Source: an uncultured virus (IMG/VR IMGVR_UViG_3300021255_003627) | Lineage: Duplodnaviria; Heunggongvirae; Uroviricota; Caudoviricetes | Virus record (IMG/VR): IMGVR_UViG_3300021255_003627 | Strand: one strand, 5' to 3' | DNA: 64,000 bases | Part shown: in pieces, positions 31,914-41,685 of the stretch | How the letters are laid out: each line of letters starts with the position of its first letter | How positions within the stretch are numbered: position 1 is the first letter of the stretch | Notes under the pieces: generated by a model | Seen by the model: only the letters and a program-made list of their open reading frames with translations | Databases searched by the model: none | What the model was told of the DNA's origin: nothing | Position numbers and translations under genes: made by a program

Positions 31914-32051
31914 ATGGCTTGCGGATGTAGTAAAAACAAAAGTACGAGTAACAGCGTCACCAAGAGGGCGACGACAACCACACCGAAGGCGACAAGGCCA
32001 CTGAGTGAGGGGGGTAGGACTCGTAGGGCAGAGAGAAGGATTATACGTTGA
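31914..32051 (+). CDS. 45-aa basic microprotein with MACGC N-terminus
   Basis: MACGCSKNKSTSNSVTKRATTTTPKATRPLSEGGRTRRAERRIIR*; A-rich leader; fills the intergenic gap. Confidence 0.6.
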   Translation: MACGCSKNKSTSNSVTKRATTTTPKATRPLSEGGRTRRAERRIIR

Positions 32052-32075
32052 GGTTGGTCGGAGAGAAATAATGTT

Positions 32076-32459
32076 ATGATACACGTATATAATGTCCATA
32101 CGGAGGATTATTCTTCGCATGAGGGGAATTTCTATTGTGGTAGGAGCAAAGGTGGAAACCCGCTAAGCAATCCTTATACCTTCAACGGTGTCAAATCAAA
32201 CTTAGCCAAACTGTCCTTCAAGACAAGAGAAGAGGCAATCAAGGCTTATGAAGCGTATTTTGACAAGATGTATGGTACGGACGAAGAACTTACGAATGCG
32301 TTCGATGAGATATACGAACTATACAAGGAAGGGAAGGATATATACTTAGGCTGTTTCTGCGCACCAAATGAATGCCACTGCAATGTAATTGCGGAGAGGT
32401 TGCAGAGAAGGTTGATAAAGGAACGGCTGATGGAAAGAAAAAAATGTAAACAACGGTGA
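32076..32459 (+). CDS. DUF4326-like protein
   Basis: FYCGR...LSNPY...LGCFCAPNECHCNVI. Confidence 0.75.
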   Translation: MIHVYNVHTEDYSSHEGNFYCGRSKGGNPLSNPYTFNGVKSNLAKLSFKTREEAIKAYEAYFDKMYGTDEELTNAFDEIYELYKEGKDIYLGCFCAPNECHCNVIAERLQRRLIKERLMERKKCKQR

Positions 32460-32485
32460 TTCGAGACGATGCCTTTGGAATAACA

Positions 32486-32516
32486 AGCAACACACGAAAA
32501 GTGTGTTGCTTTTTTT
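32486..32516 (+). terminator. Intrinsic terminator
   Basis: AGCAACACAC-gaaaa-GTGTGTTGCT followed by poly-T. Confidence 0.8.
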
Positions 32517-32517
32517 A

Positions 32518-33132
32518 CTATTCACTGCTCATCAAGTTTACAATGTCAAAACTCAACTTCTCTGGATAACCAGTCGTAAAGTCATAGGCTTCGACTTCCT
32601 CTTTTGACGTAAGTTGCTGAATAGCCGCAAGATGAAGGGACGTGTTATTGAAAGACCTAACTGCGTACCTTTTCAAATCATCAAGAGCAGCAAGGAACTT
32701 CTTACAATTCAAAGGTAAGGTAATCCCAAGTTCTCGTATGTCAAAATTGTAATAGTCTTGAACCTTTGAGAAGGCAGTTACATCACCTTCTAACGATGTC
32801 CGCAAGTCGGGTTTCATCCAATAGTCGATGATTTTTACACCGTTCTGCAAGAGTTCAAATGAATTAACGGCGTCCGACTCATCATAAACCATTAGTTCTG
32901 CAATCTTTATCTTCTTTGCCAACTCCAAATCACGCTCTGCCCTATAAGCCTTGTACTCTTGCAATTCTTGTGTCAGTTCTGCAAGGTTAGGCTCTGAATC
33001 TGTCATACACTCGTAGCATGTGGTAATCTCACCCTCTGCCACACCCTCCAAGTGGACTACATACTTGTTGCCTACTTGTTTTACTTCTGTATATCCCTCT
33101 GTGGGGACTTGTGTTTTAATAAATTCTTTCAT
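32518..33132 (-). CDS. DUF4376-like tail fibre assembly protein
   Basis: YDESDAVNSF...HLAAIQQLTSKEEVEAYDFTTGYPEKL; directly downstream of the fibre gene. Confidence 0.7.
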   Translation of the reverse strand: MKEFIKTQVPTEGYTEVKQVGNKYVVHLEGVAEGEITTCYECMTDSEPNLAELTQELQEYKAYRAERDLELAKKIKIAELMVYDESDAVNSFELLQNGVKIIDYWMKPDLRTSLEGDVTAFSKVQDYYNFDIRELGITLPLNCKKFLAALDDLKRYAVRSFNNTSLHLAAIQQLTSKEEVEAYDFTTGYPEKLSFDIVNLMSSE

Positions 33133-33147
33133 ATATACTTATTTATT

Positions 33148-34656
33148 TTAGATTGTGTAGAATGGGATGGTATATGAAAACCTTGAACTAATATTTTTAT
33201 TTGCTTCTGATAATCCTGTGGTAAATGAATAAGCTATTGATGCGTCTAATTCTGTCGAAGTCCATTTTCGATTAGTAATGTTAGACAACAGTCTTGTTGC
33301 TGATGGACGACAATAGAGAATCATTTCATCAATAGTGTCTTTCATTCTCCATAATAATGTCCATTGATTTGGAGAGCCAAGGAAGCCATCTAATGTTGTT
33401 GTGTCAAGAACAACACTTTTTTGTACACATAACAAAGCAGCTCGAGCATTTATATTATTTGTAGCAGCATTACTCAAAATGGTTAACGTGTTGGCATATC
33501 CATTATACATATTTCTACCACCAAGCATTATGCTATTATTATTAGCCCATGCACCGTTCGTTAGTTCCATTTCCGTTATATCGTCAATAGATATACAGAA
33601 AGGGGAATCGTTAGAACAAAGAATCTCCGTTGCAATCTTAATCAATTTTGCATCAGATTTTTGAACCCACCCACCTTCTACTGCGGTTTGAAAATCTTCA
33701 AAATGATATTGTCCTCCTTGCTGTGTTACAATGTAAACACCTGTATCGTAAGGTACAAGTTTAATGGTCGCTTCATATAATGCCGACAATGCAGTCTTAG
33801 TGAAACTTGTCCTACCTTCGTACATATAATAACCATCAGGTCTTATCACCGTATAGGCATAAGTAGTACTAATAGGAATGTCAAACTCAATCACACCTTG
33901 TGCATCAGAAATGTAATGTTCAACGTGTTCGCCATACTCCACCTTGACTTCCACACCCTCAAACGGTTGAATATCACTAATGCTGTCGGCTTTCTTCACG
34001 TTAAACTTAACATGCTCGTAGGCGATGAACTCCTCAACATAGACTGCTTCAACACTTCTTTGCGACATCACGGCAGTGTGCCTAACATCGGGAATTGGAT
34101 TACACCCTACAAGTCTTGGGAACACAATCCTATAAATGGTTCCGTTTGGAATATCAATTCTTGCACTGCCTTGTGCATTGGTAGTCAAGGTAGTGTGTAG
34201 AACATCACCGTAGTACACGTTAATATTCAATCCACTTACCGAAGTACCCTCAACCGTAGTTGAACAGTTGATAAAAACCCTCTCGTCAGTAGCATCTTGA
34301 AGGTCAATCTCCTTCTCCACACCCTCCTTGTTTGTAATTGTGATGACACTGCCTTCCAACTCTACGTTTAATCTTTCTGCTTGTGCTATTGCGGTTTGTG
34401 TGGCTTGTGTGGCAGCATCTGCGTTTTGTGTGGCGACAATTGCAGCAGCAGTTGCCGTTTCAGCAGCAACTTTCGCAGCGTCCATTTCAGCAATTTTGGT
34501 AGTCTTTGCCGTTTCAAGGTCTGACAAAGCCGTATTAATCCTACCTGTCTGCGTGTTGATGTCAGTGTTCAGTTGCTGAATATCACTACGGACTTGTGTG
34601 TCGTCGTAATTTGTTAAGAGTTCGCCTGTTGATGTACAATTACAAATATCGCTCAT
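33148..34656 (-). CDS. Tail fibre/receptor-binding protein with C-terminal C-type-lectin-like domain
   Basis: YDDTQVR anchor, Ala-rich coiled coil, beta-sandwich domains, C-terminal NGYANT...GFLGS...WTSTE. Confidence 0.65.
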   Translation of the reverse strand: MSDICNCTSTGELLTNYDDTQVRSDIQQLNTDINTQTGRINTALSDLETAKTTKIAEMDAAKVAAETATAAAIVATQNADAATQATQTAIAQAERLNVELEGSVITITNKEGVEKEIDLQDATDERVFINCSTTVEGTSVSGLNINVYYGDVLHTTLTTNAQGSARIDIPNGTIYRIVFPRLVGCNPIPDVRHTAVMSQRSVEAVYVEEFIAYEHVKFNVKKADSISDIQPFEGVEVKVEYGEHVEHYISDAQGVIEFDIPISTTYAYTVIRPDGYYMYEGRTSFTKTALSALYEATIKLVPYDTGVYIVTQQGGQYHFEDFQTAVEGGWVQKSDAKLIKIATEILCSNDSPFCISIDDITEMELTNGAWANNNSIMLGGRNMYNGYANTLTILSNAATNNINARAALLCVQKSVVLDTTTLDGFLGSPNQWTLLWRMKDTIDEMILYCRPSATRLLSNITNRKWTSTELDASIAYSFTTGLSEANKNISSRFSYTIPFYTI

Positions 34657-34690
34657 TATTAGTTATGGTTTTCCATATTATTGAAGAATA

Positions 34691-34715
34691 CTTCTTTATA
34701 TTAAATATAAAGAAG
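34691..34715. repeat. 25-bp perfect palindrome (12-bp arms)
   Basis: CTTCTTTATATT-A-AATATAAAGAAG between divergent fibre genes. Confidence 0.85.
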
Positions 34716-34806
34716 CATAATAAAATGTCTTTTTTTAAAGGGTTAACTATTTATTAAAGAAGGTATATACCTTAGTTAATAAACATACTATATAGTATAA
34801 AGAATT

Positions 34807-37074
34807 ATGAGCAAAGACAGAAGAAAGTCTGTGAATATTCACAGCAGCGTACTCGACAAACAGCCAACTCCTGCAACTCTTGAACTTGGAGAATTGGCAG
34901 TAAACACTGCACCAAATGGTGCGTTTATTTCCACGAAGAACTCGCAGAATAAGGTTGTGAGGTTTTCTGAGGATGGAACCATCATTAATTGGATGGAACT
35001 TAAGGAAGTCTTCCCATATGAAGCGTCTGTAAATGGAAGCAATGCCGATGGCAGCATAGGCGACCCCGATTTGTGGGAAAACAAGTCTTGCATTAACATC
35101 AAGCTGAACCAAATTGTAGGTGTTGAAAGCCCACACAAATCAGATGTTAATGGGGCAATGGATATTTTTAACAGAGAAATTAACCCAATTGTACGAGATA
35201 CTAGTGGCAAGCCGATTGGCGGCGGCGCTGGCCTATCCATCGACATGTCACGCTATGCCATGATTGGCGCAAACCCATCTTTTAGTTCGACAACAGTTTC
35301 AACCATCACCAATTTAAACGGTACAACAAATATCTATGGTGGCCTTGTTGGTAGCGGAAATACAGCAAAACTGCACTTCTGTGACTTGTTTGACGTGGCT
35401 TCGGATAATATTTCTTTCAGCAGTTGCACAGAAGAAAGCGGAGTTTTCACCGTTGACATGGAAGATGCTTGTATCGTAGGCACAAGGAAAATCAATGTGT
35501 ATGGCAATGAGACATACATCGGCGTAGATTGTGATGGAACAACGATAGCTAATTCTCTAAACCTAAGCGGCGAGACCATCGAAATGGGTGCTCGTGATTG
35601 CGCTTGGGTTTATGGTTTGTCTGGCACAACGATAGGCGACAAATCCAATTGTGAAAATGGTGCCACTTCCATCTATGGACAAAAAGTGATTGTACACGCT
35701 AAAGACTCAAACTTAGGACTTACGGCAAAGAAAGACATTGTTGAAAGCGCAGAAAGCGGAATAACCATAACCGCTGGTGTAGACCTATGTGAAAGTGCAG
35801 GAAACAAGGCATCATTCTTCGGAGTATCTAGTACCACAATCGGTATGTCTTGTGATGGGTCAAGTGTTGCATCAAGCAACATCATTATCGGAAGAACACC
35901 CTCTACAACAAGTTCCCAAATTAATGCCACAACCGTTGACGGTGCCATAGAGGAGGCTTTCAACAGAAGCAAAATGAGTATGAGTGTTGTTGAACACACA
36001 CCTCAAAGCGAGATTCTCAAGACATACAAACTATTCCAAGACGGAGTTCAAGTAGGTGAGGACATCAACATACCGAAAGACCATGTGCTGAAGGATGCAA
36101 GGATTGTGTATGGTGGATTCACGGATATTAGTGGAACATTCGTCGACTGCGAAGAACTTGGTGGTGAAAACTGTCACTATTACATCGAGTTTACATGGAA
36201 CGTATTCGACCCATCAAGCGGTCACGCCGATGACAAGGTGACATACCTTCCTTGCGACGACTTCATCCAAGTCGTTGAAGCGGAAAACGACCCACTTAGC
36301 GGAATCACGACAAGTGTGAAGTTCGAAGACGGAAAGTACAAGGTATCGGCAAATACTTCAGTGAACGTTGCATATGGAAATGGCAGTTTAGTGCAAGCTA
36401 AACAGAGTTTGGAAAGTGGCTTTACCCTATCTGCTGGAACTTTGACGCTAAAAGTGGAAAAAGGAGTTCCGTCAGCATATAGCAATACCTTCGATGTATT
36501 CCAAGCAAACAAGACATTCACCTTTAACGTTCCTAGTGCCGTATCGCACTTAACGCGAGGAACTTTAACTTTGACTCTTAGTAACGGAAAACCGACATCT
36601 AGTTCTGCGCAAACCCAATATGATGCCACATCGAACAATGAGTTCAACGTCACTGTTCCGTCATCACTTGACCATTTGTCCGAGTATAACGGCACTGTCG
36701 GTGGAGAAGGCTGCTATATGTTCAACCACGACATTTGTATGTCTAGTAACACTGTTGTGGCTCAAGGTTTCTATGCTTCATCGGATAGAAACTTGAAGGA
36801 GAATATAAATCCGCTCATGCATTCAGAATATAGCAAGTCCGACAACGTGTCGTTCAAGACCTTCAATTTCAAGGACGATGAGAGCAAGACCAAGACATAC
36901 GGTGTCATAGCACAAGACGTCGCTGCCGCGGGGCTTGATGAAATTGTGCATAGAAATGCAGACGGAACACTAAACGTAGACTACATTTCATTGCTGATAC
37001 TGAAAATGGCTAGCCTTGAGAACAAGGTTAATGAACTATCCGAAGAGATAAAACACCTCAAAGGCGAACAATAA
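34807..37074 (+). CDS. Tail fibre/spike with C-terminal S74 intramolecular chaperone
   Basis: GELAVN N-terminal motif; C-terminal SSDRNLKENI...GVIAQDV...VDYI plus coiled coil. Confidence 0.8.
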   Translation: MSKDRRKSVNIHSSVLDKQPTPATLELGELAVNTAPNGAFISTKNSQNKVVRFSEDGTIINWMELKEVFPYEASVNGSNADGSIGDPDLWENKSCINIKLNQIVGVESPHKSDVNGAMDIFNREINPIVRDTSGKPIGGGAGLSIDMSRYAMIGANPSFSSTTVSTITNLNGTTNIYGGLVGSGNTAKLHFCDLFDVASDNISFSSCTEESGVFTVDMEDACIVGTRKINVYGNETYIGVDCDGTTIANSLNLSGETIEMGARDCAWVYGLSGTTIGDKSNCENGATSIYGQKVIVHAKDSNLGLTAKKDIVESAESGITITAGVDLCESAGNKASFFGVSSTTIGMSCDGSSVASSNIIIGRTPSTTSSQINATTVDGAIEEAFNRSKMSMSVVEHTPQSEILKTYKLFQDGVQVGEDINIPKDHVLKDARIVYGGFTDISGTFVDCEELGGENCHYYIEFTWNVFDPSSGHADDKVTYLPCDDFIQVVEAENDPLSGITTSVKFEDGKYKVSANTSVNVAYGNGSLVQAKQSLESGFTLSAGTLTLKVEKGVPSAYSNTFDVFQANKTFTFNVPSAVSHLTRGTLTLTLSNGKPTSSSAQTQYDATSNNEFNVTVPSSLDHLSEYNGTVGGEGCYMFNHDICMSSNTVVAQGFYASSDRNLKENINPLMHSEYSKSDNVSFKTFNFKDDESKTKTYGVIAQDVAAAGLDEIVHRNADGTLNVDYISLLILKMASLENKVNELSEEIKHLKGEQ

Positions 37075-37146
37075 ACTAATATAATGGGACACGCTAGACA
37101 AAAACGGCGTGTCCCATCAAGATAAGCAAGACACATTGAATATAAT

Positions 37147-38166
37147 ATGGCAAACTGCTGCTCACATACACCTTGCCAAGAATTGGTGACGGTCGGGTAC
37201 CTCAAGTCATTTCTTCAACTATCTCCTTGCATTACGATTAACGATGGCCAAGGATATGATGCTTGTTGCGGAACATACGGAGGGGACAACTATGTTGTGA
37301 CAAAAAGATACGACTTCCATACAAGAGTCATTAGTCAAACCACTCCAAGTGACGACAAAGACGGGTTTATAATAGATGGGCTTGTCGGAGAATCTTCTTG
37401 TTGCGGCAACCTTTCGAGTGATGATTCGTGCATTGCCAAGTCAAGACTTACTTTCGGTAGGACGGTCTTAACTGCCTCGACGTTGAACGCATCAACTAGT
37501 TATGATAAACCGTGTAATCCAACATATAGTGTCACGAAAACAGATACATATGTTAGGGAAAAATATGAATGCAACGATACCGACGGAACGCATATAAAAG
37601 TAGAGGAAATAAATACTAGCGTGACGAGTTCCGTAAAGAGCGATGAATCGTTTACCAAAAACGTGGCGGTAGATGAGGATGAGAATAAGTTCAACATAAG
37701 TTTCACGGCGGACGAAATAACTAGTTCCACGCAACACTGCGGTGTTACGCTCACGGCCTCAACAACACCGACTGCTAATGGGTATAGCATTGTAGTTAGC
37801 CCAACAATCCCAATCAAAATACCTTGTACTGGCGAAAACAATGTCCACTTTGCCACAATTAATGGGGATTGTTCAAGCGATGTTGAAATTGGTGACGTTA
37901 CTGGCGTGACTAGTGCGATAATTGACGAGGGAAACAAAGTAATGGTGAACTTTGGACACTCTGACAACGCTCCGACAACAAACGTACAAGTTAATTTTAA
38001 GATTAAAGGTGATGACACAATTTTGACAATTGAACAAGAGTACACTAGGTCATCTTGCGGATTCACTCCAACCATAACACCTGATAACACTTGTGGGGTA
38101 TTCTGGTACAATGAGTCGTGGGACAATGCGCAAAACGTCGTGTACCATCCATACCAAACAACCTAA
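37147..38166 (+). CDS. Cys/Thr-rich hypothetical, putative fibre-associated protein
   Basis: 339 aa in the tail module; several CC pairs. Confidence 0.55.
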   Translation: MANCCSHTPCQELVTVGYLKSFLQLSPCITINDGQGYDACCGTYGGDNYVVTKRYDFHTRVISQTTPSDDKDGFIIDGLVGESSCCGNLSSDDSCIAKSRLTFGRTVLTASTLNASTSYDKPCNPTYSVTKTDTYVREKYECNDTDGTHIKVEEINTSVTSSVKSDESFTKNVAVDEDENKFNISFTADEITSSTQHCGVTLTASTTPTANGYSIVVSPTIPIKIPCTGENNVHFATINGDCSSDVEIGDVTGVTSAIIDEGNKVMVNFGHSDNAPTTNVQVNFKIKGDDTILTIEQEYTRSSCGFTPTITPDNTCGVFWYNESWDNAQNVVYHPYQTT

Positions 38167-38190
38167 GAAAAGAAAAAAAAACAAATATAA

Positions 38191-40101
38191 ATGGCTAGTA
38201 AAATACTATATAGCGGCGGAATCTTGGCGTGTGACGCCGACAACAACGTCTCTGTGTATAAGCATGGGAACGACGACCCCACCTATAGACAAGAATTTTC
38301 CGATATGTTTATTGACACGGACGGAAATATCAAGACAACGGCAAAAAACCCAACTGATGCCGATGCCTATGTGCTATACACAGATTCTAGTAACGTTGAA
38401 ACCCTCCATGTGTTCGAGAGCAAGTGCTCACCAAAGATGAAGTGCACTTACAAAAGGGGCGCTAGCGACACCATTAAACTATTGAACTACACTGACAATA
38501 TATGGTCCAAGGACATCGACGATGGTAAAATGACAGTCTTGGTGGATTACAACAAGGGAGAAAGGATAAAAGACGAGTATGTTTTCAAAGGTTCACAAAC
38601 CGCAGTCACAATCTCATACGACTTTGTCGAGGATGATAATGTTGGCTATCCGAATCAAACCACGGCAAGTATGTTTGGTGCTAGTGAAGACGGTAGTATT
38701 AGTCCTGTCACGGCATTGACTGAGTGTGAATTGCCTTGTGAAATGAGGATAATCACAAATAGGACTTTTGCAAACTGCTACAGTCTGACATCGTATACTA
38801 AAACACCTGAGTTTATACAAGAAATAGACGAATCGGCTTTCAGCGAGTGTAGTAGATTGCCAAAAATTTCATTTGGAAAATGCACGAAATTACACAACAG
38901 TTGTTTTCAAGGGTGTGCCGCAGCTACTACATTGGAGATAGTTGGGCTTACTAGCGAGACAGACGGCAACACAGGACATATAAGCACTGAAAATATGTGT
39001 GGGATGACAAAGATACCCGATAATGCATTTAAGGCTTGTACGAATTTATCGAGGACCATCATTGGTGACACTCCATATGAAAATAGCATTGTGATTCCTA
39101 ATGGAATTGAAGAGATTGGGATGAGTTCGTTTGCGGATTGTTCTGCTTTTAGTGACTTATATCTGAATGGTGTTGAAACAATAGGAGAAGGTGCATTCTC
39201 AGATGCAATAAGTCTAACGAGCATAAGCGGTTTCGGTACGGTGACCACAATAGGGGATAATGCGTTCCAATATTGCACCTATCTAAGCAGTATGGACGAC
39301 ACAAGCAACGTGAGCACGTTGGGAGTGGCGTCGTTCTATGGGTGTACGAGTTTACCTTCATTTGACTTTACAAACGTCACTAGTGTCCCGAAGGATTGTT
39401 TTAATGGCGACACATCCTTGACTAGTTTAACTAATACCAATGGGGTAACGAGTATTGGAGAAAATGCATTTTCAAGTTGCTCCAACCTATTAAGTTTTGA
39501 CGGTTCATCGGCAAAGGACATAGCCGCTGCCGCGTTTTATAACTGTACTAACTTGAATAGCATTACCCTTCCATCTTCTTTTCAAATTATATCTATAGGT
39601 GACAGTGCGTTCGAAAGATGCACGAGTTTGACTTCATTTGTTGTTGAACAAGTAAGTGGCGTCCACATTGGCAAAAGTGCGTTTAAAGGGTGTACGAGTC
39701 TTTCAAATGTCAGAATAATGCAAGCTGAAGGCGAAAGTTTGTTTTTACAAAAAGAGTCCTTTGGGGACTGCACGAGTTTGACGGCAATTACATTCGACAC
39801 TATTGTCATTTCTGCTTCGAACGATACGTTTGCTAATTGTCATGCCTTGAAAGAAATCAATTTGGCAATAGAAACATATACGCGACTTAATTTGCAAAAC
39901 ACGAATGGATGTTTCAATTCCATCCCTAGCAGCAGCTCGTCACCAATCGAAGTAACAATCCGAAGTCTCGCCGTGTGCACGACACTTAGTTATGCGTTCG
40001 CCTCAAGTCAGTCTATAGTTTTCTATGTCCCAAGCAACTTAATTAATGACTACATAACTACTTACATTGATGAGACACAATGGACATTTGAGGAGTTATA
40101 A
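38191..40101 (+). CDS. BspA-type leucine-rich repeat (LRR_5) protein
   Basis: Many IGxxAFxxCxxLxS repeats after a unique N-terminal domain. Confidence 0.9.
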   Translation: MASKILYSGGILACDADNNVSVYKHGNDDPTYRQEFSDMFIDTDGNIKTTAKNPTDADAYVLYTDSSNVETLHVFESKCSPKMKCTYKRGASDTIKLLNYTDNIWSKDIDDGKMTVLVDYNKGERIKDEYVFKGSQTAVTISYDFVEDDNVGYPNQTTASMFGASEDGSISPVTALTECELPCEMRIITNRTFANCYSLTSYTKTPEFIQEIDESAFSECSRLPKISFGKCTKLHNSCFQGCAAATTLEIVGLTSETDGNTGHISTENMCGMTKIPDNAFKACTNLSRTIIGDTPYENSIVIPNGIEEIGMSSFADCSAFSDLYLNGVETIGEGAFSDAISLTSISGFGTVTTIGDNAFQYCTYLSSMDDTSNVSTLGVASFYGCTSLPSFDFTNVTSVPKDCFNGDTSLTSLTNTNGVTSIGENAFSSCSNLLSFDGSSAKDIAAAAFYNCTNLNSITLPSSFQIISIGDSAFERCTSLTSFVVEQVSGVHIGKSAFKGCTSLSNVRIMQAEGESLFLQKESFGDCTSLTAITFDTIVISASNDTFANCHALKEINLAIETYTRLNLQNTNGCFNSIPSSSSSPIEVTIRSLAVCTTLSYAFASSQSIVFYVPSNLINDYITTYIDETQWTFEEL

Positions 40102-40136
40102 TTACAAATAAAACATTAATTCATAACAGTAGTATT

Positions 40137-41555
40137 ATGGCATACGGATGGACAAGTGTGACCGAAGGCAGCATTGTCAAGGCACACGCCAATAGCGGAG
40201 ATTTGACATACAACGGTACTTTATGCGGTGGTGTCCCAAGTGGGTGCGACAAAACGATAAACAGAAGTTACAGCGTTGGGTTGAACGGTTGGAATACAAG
40301 TAACACAGAAATACTAAAAAGCGGAGGTGTGACCTCTTGCAATAGGGATGCAATGGTCATGTGGTTTTCTCTATTTTCGACAGCGGCGAGCACAGTTGTC
40401 ATGAGAGATGACTTCGAGAAATTCTGTCAAGTCAAGAACGTTGACGAGTGTGATAGGATTGTCGCGAAAAGTGACGATGTCGTTGGAAGTAGTGAATACA
40501 AGTTCAACAATGAAGAGCGTTTCAGAACCACTTCTTACACGGATAGCGGGTACCCTTGTATCCTAACTGACCCAAGTAATAAAGAAAGTGGGCAGAGATA
40601 CAAAGAAAATACAACTTATAGGGGGCACAAGATAGCCTATCATGTATCTGACGAAGGTGGTGTGGTAGTTCCAAGTAAGTGTTTTGGTTACTACGCCGAC
40701 CCTACAGTAGAAGACAATAGGCTTGAAAAACTATCTGAAGTGTATTTTCCTTCTAACACAGAAAGAACACATAACGTTGTTCAAATCGATAGCAGCGCGT
40801 TTGCGTTAAGCCAGAGTTTGACGGCGGTTACATTTGGCGCGGTCGAGAGGATAGGCGCGAGTGCGTTTAAAGAGTGTAGTAGGTTAACACGTATTGATTT
40901 TGGCAATAGTTGCTGCGATGTACACAACATAAAGTATATTGGTGACAATGCCTTTAGTGGTTGTACGAGTTTGGAAAGTGTCGATTTGAGCAAATTACAT
41001 AATGACTTTGACGACAAAAATTATTCGTACCGAATATGTCCTTTTGCTTTTGCGGGGTGTACAAGCCTATCGAAACTTAAACTCCCTAATAACCCAGGTT
41101 ATACCACGGTTTCAGCATATACGTTTAGTGACTGTCCAAGTTTGACTAGTGTGACAATTCCGTCAAATGTACAAAAGATAGAGGAGTGTGCATTCGCTTC
41201 GACTAACGGCACAGACATAACTTCCGTTACTTTAAATGGTATCACCGCTACAGGCAATAACGCTAGCATCGCAATCGACGCATTTAGAGGCTCGATAATA
41301 TTAAGTAAGATATATATTACTTCCGAAACAAACTTGACGTATGCAAACAAATGCTTCGACAGAACAAATATGGGGGGTAGGCAAGCTAATCTTGATGTAT
41401 ACATAAATGGGCAAGTTGTCAACGAAACATTGGGTGGCGCGTTTGATGGTGGCGAGCGAATCTCGTTCCATGTGGCCAACCAATCACTTGTTGGGGAATA
41501 CCAAAACGAATATTCGCGGTATGTCAACTGGACGTTTATTTATAATTCAAATTAA
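40137..41555 (+). CDS. BspA-type leucine-rich repeat (LRR_5) protein
   Basis: IGASAFKECSRL, IGDNAFSGCTSL and similar repeats. Confidence 0.9.
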   Translation: MAYGWTSVTEGSIVKAHANSGDLTYNGTLCGGVPSGCDKTINRSYSVGLNGWNTSNTEILKSGGVTSCNRDAMVMWFSLFSTAASTVVMRDDFEKFCQVKNVDECDRIVAKSDDVVGSSEYKFNNEERFRTTSYTDSGYPCILTDPSNKESGQRYKENTTYRGHKIAYHVSDEGGVVVPSKCFGYYADPTVEDNRLEKLSEVYFPSNTERTHNVVQIDSSAFALSQSLTAVTFGAVERIGASAFKECSRLTRIDFGNSCCDVHNIKYIGDNAFSGCTSLESVDLSKLHNDFDDKNYSYRICPFAFAGCTSLSKLKLPNNPGYTTVSAYTFSDCPSLTSVTIPSNVQKIEECAFASTNGTDITSVTLNGITATGNNASIAIDAFRGSIILSKIYITSETNLTYANKCFDRTNMGGRQANLDVYINGQVVNETLGGAFDGGERISFHVANQSLVGEYQNEYSRYVNWTFIYNSN

Positions 41556-41597
41556 TCCAACGAAAAAATAAGCAACCACAACAAATTCACCAAACAT

Positions 41598-41632
41598 ATG
41601 GGCGAATCGTTCTGATTCGCTCATTTTTTTTT
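41598..41632 (+). terminator. Intrinsic terminator at end of tail module
   Basis: ATGGGCGAATC-gttct-GATTCGCTCAT followed by poly-T. Confidence 0.8.
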
Positions 41633-41685
41633 CTTAAAATTTTGGTTATTTGGATTTTTTTCCATATATTTGCAAAAACCATAAA

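Noticed and set aside
33148..33290. Complete DGR in this window
   Set aside because: No reverse transcriptase or template repeat seen.
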